64,000 nucleotides of DNA from an uncultured Actinomycetota bacterium (GCA_963726425.1 CAVSCN010000024.1:74701-138700); one strand, 5' to 3'; shown: positions 18,766 through 33,426, counted from the stretch's first letter. Notes: generated by a model not told the origin, from the letters alone. Translations and numbers: made by a program.

Positions 18766-21700
18766 CTAGCGGGCCTGCGCGGTGACAGCCGGGTCGAGGG
18801 CCGCCATCCGCACCCGGGCGGACTCAGCCTCCGGCACACCGAGACGCTCGAAGATGTCCAGCGCTTGCCGGAAGACGATCCGGGCCGCGTCGCGTCGCTG
18901 CGTATAGAGCGTCAGCTCGGCGATTCCGGCCAGGATCTTGCCTTCTTCGTACGGGTCGCCGATCTCCCTGGCGAGCTTCAGCGCCGACTGATAGTCCTCA
19001 AGCGCCTCACCCGACCGGCCGGTGCCGCGGTGCATGTCGGCCACCATGCGCTGCGCGATCAGCTGCTGGGAGACGTCCCCGATCTCCTCGGCGATCAGCC
19101 GGGCCTTCTGATGGTGCACGAGCGCCTCGTCATAGCACGCCACGCTCTGATAGATGGCGCCGATGTCGTTGAGCGCATCGGCTTCGTCCGGCAGGTCGCC
19201 GATCTCGCGGTAGATGGCGCAGCGCCTGCCGGTAGGCAGACAGCGCCTCCTCGTGGCTGCCCCGGAACCGGTGCACGCTGCCGATCGCCTGGCAGAGGAT
19301 GGCCTCGTTCTGCGGTCCGCCGATCTCCCTGAAGATCTGCAGGGACTTCTGGTAGGCCTCCAGCGCCTGCCGCGTGCTCGCCGTTGTACAGGTGCACCCG
19401 GCCGAGGTTGTTGAGGGCCTTCGCCTCGCCGCGCCGGTCCCCGACTTCGCGGTAGAGCGCCAGCGCCTCGCGCAGGTGATCGTGCGCTTCTGGATAGCGA
19501 CCCAGGTGCCAGCTCGCGATCCCGGCGTGGCTCAGGGTGGCGGCCACCCCGCGCGGGTCCGCCGCCGCGTCGTACAAGGTCCGTGCTTCCCGGAAGTAGG
19601 CGAGCGCCTCACGGGACCGGGCGGTGCGCTGATGGGCGAGGCCGATCTGGTCGAGGGACTCGGCCTCGCCGCTCCGGTCCGCCAGCGACCGGCAGATCGC
19701 GGCGGCCTCCTCGGCCAGCGGTATCGCCGTCTCGTGCCGGCCAGTCTGCTGGCTGACCACGCTGAGCGCCAGCGACGCGCGCGCGGTCCGAGCCGGATCG
19801 GCCAGGTAGCGACTGCGCCTGCAGCGCCAGCGTGTGCGCCGCGATCGCCTCGTCCCAGTACGCCCGGATGTCCAGGAACTCCGCCAGCAGGTGGCTGAGA
19901 TCGGCGCACTCCCGCTTCCAGTCGCGCCGGCCCGCGTAGGTCGCGGCCAGCAGGATGTTGCGCCACTCCGAGTCGAGCCAGCGTGGCCGCCGTCTTCCGG
20001 CGTCGCCAGCTCCGGGACAGCGGACCGGCTGCCGCACCTGCACGCCGGGCCGCCGCCGGAACGGGTGCAGGAGCCGGTCGGCCTGGTCGGCGGCGTCCAG
20101 GTAGTAGTCGCAGCAGCCTGGCCGATGGCGCTCGCCTCGGCTCGGTTCCCGGTCGTCTCGGCCGGCCAGCGCCGGCCGCGTAGCCGCGGATCAGGTCGTG
20201 CAGCCGGTACTGACCGTCGGCGGCCCTGGGTCAGCAGGTGGCAGTCGAGCAGCACGCCGAGGGCCTGCTCCGCCGCCGCGGGGCGACAGCCGTCCAGCGC
20301 GGCGGCGCTTGCAGAGCTGTGCGTCGGCGCACGGACTGGCGCCGAGGCGCCGCAAGAACCGCTGATGCGTCGGGTCCGAGCGCGCGATACGACAGGTCGA
20401 AGGCGGCGATCAGCTCGGGACTCGCCGCGCCCGGGCCACCGAGCCACGCGGGACCTGTGCGGCCACTCGTCGATCAGGTGGTCGAGGGCGGGCGGGCCTG
20501 CCTGCGCGATCCGGCCGGCGGTCAGCTGGATCGCGAGCGGCAAGCCGCCCGCACAGGCCGACGGTCGCGGCGACCTGATCGCTGTCCATCGCCCGGCTCT
20601 CGCCGGCGATCCGGCGGAACAACGTGACCGCCTCATCGACCGACAGCACGTCGAGGGTCAGCGTGTGCGCGCCGGCGACAGCGAGCCGCCGCCGGGTGGT
20701 GATCAGGACCATGCTGCGGCCAGACAACGGGAGCAGCGACGAATCTGGTCGGCTCCCGCGACGTCATCAAGGATGACGACCGCCTGCGGCGGCTCAGGTG
20801 CGCACGCCACAGCGTCGCGCGCGCGGCGGCGGGCTCGGTATCTGCGCGGCCGGCACGGACAGCATCTGGAGCAGGTGGTGAGCGCTTCGGCCGGGTCGAG
20901 CGGCGGGCCTGCGGATCGTGGGAGTGCAGGTTGAGGTAGAACGTCCCGTCCGGGTACTGCCCGGCGACCGCCCGCGCGGCGCGCGCCGCCAGCGTGGTCT
21001 TGCCCACGCCGGGCATGCCCTCGATGACCGCTACCCAGGGCCCGTGGTCGTGCTCGCCGGTGAGCAGCTCGAGTTCCGCGTCCCGGCCGACAAAGTCCGG
21101 CGTGTCGCCGGCAGAGGTATCGGACGGCGCTGCCTGGACCGCCGGGCGCGCGGTCGGCCTGCGGTTCAGGGCCGCGTCACCGGCCAGGATCCGCTGCTGC
21201 AGTTCCGCCAGCATCGCGCCCGGCTCGGCGCCTTGCTCGTCGATCAGGCGGCCGCGGGTCTCGCGGTACAGGCTCAGCGCGTCGGCTTGCCTGCCGTTCC
21301 GGTACAGCGCGGTCATCTGGTGTGCGACCAGCATCTCGTCCAGCGGGTACCTGGCCAGCAGATGGCGCAGCTCACCCACGAGGTCGGCGTGCCGGCCGAG
21401 CTCCAGCTCGCACCCGATCCGCTCGATGATCGCGCCCCGGCGCTCCTCCTCCAGCGCGTCGCGCATCCGGGTCACCCACTCACCGCTGATGCCGGCCAGC
21501 GGCTGCCCGCGCCAGAGCGCGTCGGCTTCGTGCAGCAGCGCGGCCGCGTGCTCGTGCGCGCCGCTCGCAGCTCAGCGCCGCGGCTTGCCGCCGCAGCCGG
21601 CGGAACCGGTGCACGTCGACCGTTTCGGAATCGACTTCGAGCACGTAGCCACCCGAGTTACGTCCGATCAGCCGCACGTCGTCGGCCAACGCCTGGCGCA

Positions 21701-21920
21701 GGGACGCCCGCAGCCTGGCGATGTAGACGGACAGGCTCTCCCTGGCCTTCGGCGGCGGCCGCGTCATCCCACAGCCGGTCGATGAGCGTCTCGACCGGAA
21801 CCATCGTGCCGTGGCGTCAGCAGCAACATGACCAGCAGCGATCGCGCCCTGGCCGACCCGAGGTCGTGCCTGACGTCCAGCCGACCAGAGCTCAATCGGC
21901 CCGAGCGTCCGGAACTCCAT
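18766..21920 (-). pseudogene. SARP/AfsR-type regulator (OmpR-like wHTH + BTAD + NB-ARC + TPR), at least 6 frame changes
   Basis: The N-terminus MEFRTLGPIELWSAGRQ... is in ORF 21480..21920, with LGSARARSLLVMLLLTP in 21764..22048. ORF 20633..21475 carries BTAD (LVAHQMTALYRNGRQADALSLYRETRGRLIDEQGAEPG) and the P-loop (IEGMPGVGKTTLAARAA). The NB-ARC domain continues in ORF 20410..20727. TPR units are in ORFs 19095..20636 and 18766..19143 (ALNNLG..., EALEDYQSALKLAREIGDPYEEGKIL). Confidence 0.85.
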
Positions 21921-22315
21921 GATCGCCCTACATCTCCCGCCGGTGCCGAGCGGCAGTTGCTGCGCGTACCCTTTCTGTGCAGCCTAAGACAATTTGCGCA
22001 CCAGGGAAACGGTCTCGGCATTTCGCCAAAGTGCACCGCAACTCTCACCGCAAGCTCTCCGCTCCGTCGTGCGACTGCACATCTGGGCGAGGCGCCCGCC
22101 GGGCACGCCGGACGGGCGCACGGGCCATTCGCGTGATCATTTTCATTATTGTACCGGGCGTAGCCTGGAAGTTGGACAATTTTTTGCGGTTCATCCTGAC
22201 CCGGCCTGATCTATTCGAATAGCGCATCTGCGGGCCAGTTAATGGTGTAGCGTCTTTCTCCGTAGACTCTGCGCAGAAACTAGCGACCTAATCGCCGATA
22301 AAGGGAATCGCACCG

Positions 22316-22562
22316 ATGCAGACTCAAAGTCAGATGACGCATGCCACCAGGACGGGCCGGAGCTTCTTCGCGGACGGCACGCGAAGGGGCCGCGCACCGA
22401 ATTACCGCCGCGCCACGCGCCGTATTTTCTTCACTGCCCTGCTGATCGCGGCCTGGCCGCGGGTTCGGCGGCAGCCTCTCGGGGCACACCGCGTCCGGCC
22501 ACCGGGCCGCGCACAGTCTGACCGGGGCCAAGTACATTCCGAATACTCCGTGGATGTACTGA
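22316..22562 (+). CDS. Candidate small exported protein with Tat-like signal (needs one frame change near ~22458)
   Basis: AAGGGA lies 9 nt before ATG 22316. The product is MQTQSQMTHATRTGRSFFADGTRRGRAPNYRRATRRIFFTALLIAAWP... (TRRxFF twin-arginine-like motif plus an h-region). After ~22458 the frame with high third-position GC switches and reads RGFGGSLSGHTASGHRAAHSLTGAKYIPNTPWMY* (stop 22560-22562). The ORF-track frame instead runs to 22591. It lies in an ~0.85-kb gene-poor, lower-GC gap. Confidence 0.2.
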
Positions 22563-22792
22563 ATCCTGACGACTTTGCGACGTCTCGCTGATGCTGCCAG
22601 GCGGCCCCTCTTGCGGCCACCCAGCAACGCGAGATGTCGTATGTTCGGTGCCGGGAATACGGGGGCTCCAGGGCCCTGAGCGCGCGCTGTCAATTCCCGA
22701 CAACAGGTAATTCTGGTCGGACTAAGCAAGGCGCAATCTATCCGGGAAGGGCATTACTGCGGCGTCGGCTGCGATTAGCCGGCGCCGTCAAT

Positions 22793-23549
22793 TTATTCGC
22801 CCGGCGTCAATCGTCGCCCGCGAAACCGTACGTCTGCGGGCGCCACCAGAATAAGTGCCACTAACGCGTCGATAAGCAACCTCAGTGCGTGATACGAATT
22901 TCCGTCTGGCATCGGCAACTCGGCCATCGGCGAGGCGGGCGGTACCTCGTCGGCGAACGAGGACTCCTTCCGCTCCCAGTCCTCGATGCCGCGCAGGATG
23001 CCCTCGGTGTAAGCGCGCAGGTGCGCCCGGTACACGTCGCTGTAGGTCCGCAGGTACGCCAGCTCCGCGCGCGCGGCCTGCTGCTGCTGATACGTCTGCG
23101 GTGACGGTGCCGTGTTCAGCGCGATGACCGCCGCGTCGCGGGCCCTTTAGTGCGCCTCCTCCAGCACCATGTCCGAGTAGCGCTGGGCTTCTTGCATGAT
23201 CTCGTCCCGGCGCCGCCTGGCCTCCTCGGTCAGCCGGCTGCTGTAGGCCTGCGCGTCGGCGACGTACCGGTCGGCGGTGACCTGCGCGGCAGAGAGGATC
23301 GCGGACGGCGTGCACGTGTCCCTCGGAGTCACCGAACTGGGCGCCGTTCGCGTCACCGTCGGTCTGACCGGAGATGATCCGGCGCCGGAGCCGCTGGACT
23401 TCCTGCCACAGCGACGTCCGCTCGTTCAGCACGCGCACGTACTGGGCATGCACCGCGTGCAGGAACTGCCGGACGACGTCCTCGTCGTAGCCGCGCCGGC
23501 CACGCCGCGATACCGGGAAGGTGACGGTCTGCAGCTCCTCGGGACTCAT
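22793..23549 (-). pseudogene. DivIVA-domain protein, one frameshift (~23300) and one in-frame TAA (23147-23149)
   Basis: MSPEELQTVTFPVSRRGRRGYDEDVVRQFLHAVHAQYVRVLNERTSLWQEVQRLRRRI is the DivIVA N-domain pattern. It continues in ORF 23147..23356 (ILSAAQVTADRYVADAQAYSSRLTEEARRRRDEIMQEAQRYSDMVLEEAH*). The same frame past the TAA then reads RARDAAVIALNTAPSPQTYQQQQAARAELAYLRTYSDVYRAHLRAYTEGILRGIEDWERKE (ORF 22793..23035). Confidence 0.75.
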
Positions 23550-23578
23550 CCTGGTCTGCTCGTCGAACCATGCTGTGG

Positions 23579-24755
23579 TCAAGGCTCGCTCCACCCGAAA
23601 TCCTCGATGTGTATCTGATCCTTGGGCATGCCCGTCGCGGCCAGCCGGGCCGCGGTGTCGTGCACCATCTGGCTGGGCCGGCCAGGTAGGCGTCGTGTCC
23701 GGACCAGTCGCCGTGCCTGGCCACCACGTCGGGAATGCTGCCGGTCTCGCCCTCGAATCTGGGGTCGGCGGTGGCGACCGGCGTGACCGTCAGCCACGGG
23801 TGCTCGGCGGCTATCTTCTCCAGGCTGTCCAGGTCATAAAGCCCGTCCGCCTTGCGCGCGCCGAAGAACAGGTGCACGGCTGGCGGCTGGGGCAGCGTCG
23901 TCAGCTGGTCCACCATGGCCTTGAGCGGTGCGAGCCCGGTGCTGCCCGCGATGAGCAGCAGGCTTCGGTCGCGCGACCGGCTGGCCGAGGGTGAGCACGC
24001 CGATGGGCGGTCCGAGCCGCACCTCGGTGCCCGCACGGTGTCGCTGGTCAGGGCCATGCTGACGGCGCCGCCGTCGATCAGCCGGACGTGGAACTCCAGC
24101 AGCCCGTCCGCCCGCGGCGCGTTGCGATCGAGTAGTAGCGCCAGAGCCTCGGGCGGCTCGGGCACTCGATCGCCACCGATTGCCCGGCGATGTACTCAAG
24201 CGCAGGCTCGGGCTGGACGTGCAGCACGGAGACATCGAACGACCGTCGCTCGTGCGACACGACTGTGCCGTGCCACCAGGCCGGCCGCAGTTCCTCGTCC
24301 GCGCTGCGCCGCCGCTACCATGCCGGCGCGATGACCTCGTAGGCCGCCTTCCAGTCGGACTGCAGCTCCGGCGTCCAGGACGGCCCGGAGTAGTACTGCA
24401 GGGTGGCCAGCAGGCTGGCGCCGACCGCCTCGTAGTGCTCGGCTACGCGCCGAACTTGCGGTGGTCACGGCCCAGGCCCTGCGAGGAACACGGTCAGGTC
24501 GCCGGAGCTGTCCACGTTCGAGACGATCTTCGCCAGCGCGTCGACGAGGTGGCCGCGCTGTGCCTCCATCGAGATCGGGAACATGTCGCGCACCTCAGGA
24601 TGCTTGATGAAGAGATCCGAGTAGAAGAACAGCGGCACCTCGTCGCCATGCGCGGCGACGTCGGCGAAGTTCTCCCGCAGCCGGGCGACATCCAACTCTC
24701 TTCCGCCTCCCTCTCCGCTGGATCCTGGCGGCAGAACCTGCACAGAAAGTCTCAT
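23579..24755 (-). pseudogene. Globin + FAD/NAD(P)-binding reductase fusion (flavohemoglobin-like), at least 4 frame disruptions
   Basis: Globin domain: LRENFADVAAHGDEVPLFFYSDLFIKHPEVRDMFPISMEAQRGHLVDALAKIV (ORF 24465..24776), then GLGRDHRKFG / VAEHYEAVGASLLATLQYYSGPSWTPELQSDWKAAYEVIAPA. FNR-like module: FDVSVLHVQPEPALEYIAGQSVAIECPSRPRLWRYYSIA (RxYS), LLIAGSTGLAPLKAMV, HLFFGARKADGLYDLD and C-terminal MPKDQIHIEDFGWSEP*. An alternative start is TTG 24695, preceded by GGAGAGGGAGGCGGAAGAGAG. Confidence 0.82.
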
Positions 24756-24799
24756 GCAACTTGCAGCGCAAGACATCCGTCAGCTGACGTATGTACGAA
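24749..24799 (-). promoter_or_regulatory. Copy C of the recurring ~50-nt element
   Basis: On the minus strand it reads TTCGTACATACGTCAGCTGACGGATGTCTTGCGCTGCAAGTTGCATGAGAC. It lies in the divergent gap between the globin-reductase gene and the MFS gene at 24928, oriented toward the globin gene. Confidence 0.5.
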
Positions 24800-24927
24800 G
24801 AGGCGGCCACCGCGCGGCGGAGTATCGGATGGCGACCCAATCACGGCGAAACCTGGGCATCGCATGCGGTAGCCGTGCCAGCATCTACTTCAAATCCGGG
24901 GGCCATTTCTTGCTGGGCGGTGACTCC

Positions 24928-26635
24928 GTGGAAGCTGTCGAGACAGCTCGAACCAGGACTTACATCGCGCCGGGTGCCTTCGTGCTCCGGCCACGGGCTC
25001 TGCTCGCCGTGGTGCTCGCGGTGTTCGTGGCCCAGATGGCGCTGGCCATCCCGGCCGTGCTGAACGGCCTGTTCCAGCAGGACCTCGGCACCGAGCTCAG
25101 CGCAGCTCACCTGGATCTCGGACGCGTTCCTGGTCCCGGTGTGCGTGCTGGAACTGAGCTTCGGGGTCCTCGGCGACCTGTTCGGCCGCAAGCGGCTCCT
25201 GGTCGGCGGCGCGCTGGTGCTCGCCTGCGGCGACGCCATCGTGCTGCTGACCCCTGGCGCCGGGGTGAGCACGAGCACCCGGCTGCTGGTCCTGTGGACC
25301 GGCCTGGCGATCGCCGGGCTCGGCGCTGGCGCGATCTTCCCGACCAGCCTGGCGATGGTCGCGGCGGGCACGCACACGGCCCGCGACCGGGCCCGGTCGG
25401 TGTCGATCTGGGCCGCGGCATTATCTGTCGGCAACTGCGGCTCGCCGATTCTGGGCGGGCTGGCGGCGCGGGAGCCGTTCGGGTCCGATCCGCTCGCAGG
25501 CTGGCGCTGGGCGTTCCTGGTCGTGATCGCGCTGGCCCTGACGAGCGCCGTCGTGTCGGTGGTCGCCGCCGCTGACTCGTCCTCGCCCGAGGGCCGGTCG
25601 CTGGACTGGCCGGGTCAGGTGACCATCGCGGTCGGCCTGTTCGCCTTGCTCTACGCCGTCGTGCAGGCGCCGTCGAGCGGCTGGCTGGCCGGGTCCACGC
25701 TGCTGGCGTTTGCCGTCGCCGCCTGCTGTCTGCTGCTCTTCCTGCTGGTGGAACGGCGGTCAAGCGCGCCGCTGCTGCGCCTTGACTTCTTCCGCGATCG
25801 CAATTTCGCCGTGGCCTCCGTCGTCACCGTCATCGGCATGTTCGCGTTCCTCGGCATCGCGTACTCGACGAGTATCCGGCTCTCGGCGATCCAGGGCTTC
25901 ACCCCGCTGAAGACGGCGATCGCGTTCGCCTGCCTCAACGGCACGGCCCTGGTCCTGCTGCCGGTGACCATCCGGCTGCTGCGCCGGTACGGTGCCAAGT
26001 GGCCGCTCTGCGGCGGGCTGGTCCTGATGGCGGCCGGTGCCATGTGGACAGCATCGGTCCCGGTCTCGGAGTTTTCCCTGCTCGCGGTCATCCCGTCGTT
26101 CATCCTCGTCGGGATCGGTTTCGCGCTGGCGCTGTCCGCGCTGTCGACGATCGCGGTGAACACGCCGCCCACCCACCTGGCCGGGATGGCGAGCGGGACC
26201 ACCAACATGCTCCGTGACTTCGGCTTCACGCTCGGCCCGGCTCTCATCGGGGCGGTCGCGCTCAGCCGGGCGGCGAACCTCATCCAGCAGCAGCTGGCCG
26301 GCAGCGCCGTGCTGCGGAAGGCGCTGGCCGCGTTCGTCGCCGCGCCGGCCAGCGCACCCAAGGCGCAGCGATCCGCGCTGGAAGCCGCCGTGCACGCGGT
26401 CCAGTCCGGTCCGCTCGGCGCCAACGCGGTGCCCGCCACCTTGACCCAGCCCGGCGGTCAGGTCCTGCCGTTCAACCCGATGCAACCAGTCGCCTTTGAC
26501 GCGCTGGGCCACGCCTACTCGCTGGGATTCATCCTCAGCGGGTCGGCCGCGCTGCTGGCGGCGCTGCTCACCGTGATCGGGCTGCGCGCCAAGCCAGACG
26601 ACGAGCTGCTGGACCTGGAGATGCTCGACGATTGA
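24928..26635 (+). pseudogene. MFS transporter (DHA2-like, 14-TM type), one frameshift near ~25095
   Basis: The N-terminus from GTG 24928 (…LLAVVLAVFVAQMALAIPAVLNGLFQQDLGT) is in the frame of ORF 24754... It continues as SSAQLTWISDAFLVPVCVLELSFGVLGDLFGRKR in ORF 25139..26635, which is otherwise an uninterrupted polytopic protein. Confidence 0.85.
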
Positions 26636-26643
26636 GGGATCCT

Positions 26644-31424
<4,781 letters not shown>

Positions 31425-31449
31425 GGGGAATCCTTCCGGAATAGTCGGA

Positions 31450-31895
31450 TCACGGTGCCCAGGAGCTGCGGGCGGCGGAACAGTCGGCGCACAGGCCCCA
31501 GTAGATGACCTCGGCCTCGTCGATCGAGAAGCCGTGGTCGTAGGACGCGGTCAGGCACGGCGCCTCGCCGACCGCACAGTCGACGTCGGCGACGACGCGG
31601 CAGGACCGGCAGACGACGTGGTGGTGATTGTCGGTGACGCGTCCCTCAAACCGGGCCGGGCTGCCTGCCGGCTCGATCCGGCGGACCAGCCCGGCCGCGG
31701 TCAGGGCGTGCAGGGCCTCGTAGACGGCTTGCAGCGAGACATGCCCGACCCGAGTCCGCACGCCAGCGGCGAGGCTTCGACGCCGAGGTGGTCGCCGCGC
31801 CGGACGGTCTCCAGCAGCGCGACCCGGCGGCGGTCACCCGCAGGCCCGCGTCGCGCAGTTCCTCGGCGGTGGTCGGGAGTCGGCAGTGCGGTCAT
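31450..31895 (-). pseudogene. furA: Fur-family regulator FurA/CatR upstream of katG, about 3 frameshifts
   Basis: Fragments in three frames: MTALPTP (31895), [33 protein letters not shown], and [62 protein letters not shown]...WGLCADC (ORF 31450..31761). It has the HHH and CxxC metal sites, with the conserved furA-katG arrangement. Confidence 0.88.
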
Positions 31896-31916
31896 CTCGG
31901 CCAGACCCTACCTTCC

Positions 31917-31950
31917 TTAATACGAACTACTCAAGAAGACGAATAGTACA
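31917..31950. promoter_or_regulatory. AT-rich segment with direct repeat upstream of furA (candidate promoter/Fur-type box)
   Basis: TTAATACGAACTACTCAAGAAGACGAATAGTACA contains ACGAAcTAcT ... ACGAAtAgTAc at a 17-nt period. It starts 22 nt upstream of the furA ATG and is one of very few AT-rich stretches in the window. Confidence 0.25.
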
Positions 31951-32139
31951 AGCTTGGTGACGGTCGCCGGTAATAGCGCCCCTGCGGACATTAGCCCGCC
32001 GAGCGGGGCCAGCTCGACGGGTAGCCCGGCCTGCCCGGAAAAGAGACATCGAGCTGCGGAGCCTGTACGCCGCGCACCGGATACCGTCGTAAGCGAGCCT
32101 GAGCGCCGGTGACCGGCCGGGATGAGTAAGGAGACAGCA

Positions 32140-33426
32140 GTGACCGCGCCGCCCCCGGATCCTGGCCGCCGCCGGGCAAGGCACGGGGCTGGCTGGCATG
32201 GACCCGGCGACGCTGGCCCCGATCCGTACGCCGAGACGCAGTACAACGAGGCCGCCCGTACGAGGCAGCACAGTACGGGAGACCCGTACGGCGACGATCG
32301 CCCGCGATCGCGCTCGGTCGCCCGGATATCGCGCGAGGAGGGCCAGCGGCCGACCAGCCTGGCGCCGGGAGCGCCGGGACCGGCAGCCGGAGGCCAGGCC
32401 CGACGGATACGAGCCCGCGCGGCCAGCCGACGGCCGACCGCGCGGCCGGTGAGGCGGCCGCGCGACGCGAGCCCGGCATACGGCGCCGGACGCCCGGCGC
32501 GGACACCCGACGCCGGGGCCGGCGAGTACGACCGGGCGCCAGCCAGCCGGGGCGGCGACCGGGGACCGCGGTACCAGGGACCGGGGCAGTATCCCGGGAC
32601 GCGGCCCGCCCGCGGCTACCCCGGCAGCACCGACCCGGCCGGCCAGACCGGATACCGACCGCGATAGGCCCGACCGCGGTGCCGACCGCGGCGGAGCCGC
32701 CGCCCGGCTACGCCCAGCCGAGCCGCCCGGCCGGGTACACCGCGCCGACCCGGCGGCGATCGCGGCGAGGACCAGTTCCTCAGCGACAGCTGGTACCGGG
32801 ACAGCGGCCGCCCGCGCGCGGAGCAGGCCAGCCCGTCCCGGCGGTACGCGCTCGACGACCAGCAGGGCTATGCCCGGCCAGCGACGCGCCGGAGCAGCCC
32901 GCCGTCCCGGACCGGCCACTCGGCTATCCGCGGCCAGCCGACGGCCAGCACCGGGGCGGCGACAGCGGTGTACGAGGCCGGCCAGACCGGACCCAGGCCG
33001 CGCGGCCGGCGGACCGGGCGACTACCAGGCAAGCCCTATCAGGGCGCGGCGGAGGATACGGGTCAGCGCCGCCCGCACGGGGCGTACGCGGTTCACGGCG
33101 GCGCGCTCGGTAGGACCACCGCACGACGGCGGACGGCGAGCTCGAGCCGCCCACCGCCCGCGTCCGCCGGGCGGCAGGCTCGATCCGGCGCCCGGAACGA
33201 CCGGGGCCCGCGATGAGGACGGCTACTGGGCCTACCGGGGACCAGCCCGAGCCGGTCGTCTACGCGGACCCCCAGCTGGCGCGGTGCGCCCGACTGGCCG
33301 CAGCAGACCCGGTACGAGCCGACCCGGCGGCTGGAACTGCCGGACGTCCTGCCCGCGGCCGGCGGCGCCGTCGACCCCTCGGACACCGGTCAGTTCACCG
33401 CGATCCGGCAGTCATCGTCGTCCTCG
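32140..33426 (+). other. Pro/Gly/Arg/Tyr-rich low-complexity coding region, probable N-terminal extension of MurJ (several frame changes)
   Basis: AAGGAG (32128-32133) lies 6 nt before GTG 32140. The ORFs 32122..32667, 32679..33113, 32870..33601 and 32968..33216 carry repeated GY/PGY/DPY-type low-complexity text. The last ~130 nt (…QQTRYEPTRRLELPDVLPAAGGAVDPSDTGQFTAIRQSSSSS) are in frame with, and contiguous to, the MurJ core. Confidence 0.35.
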
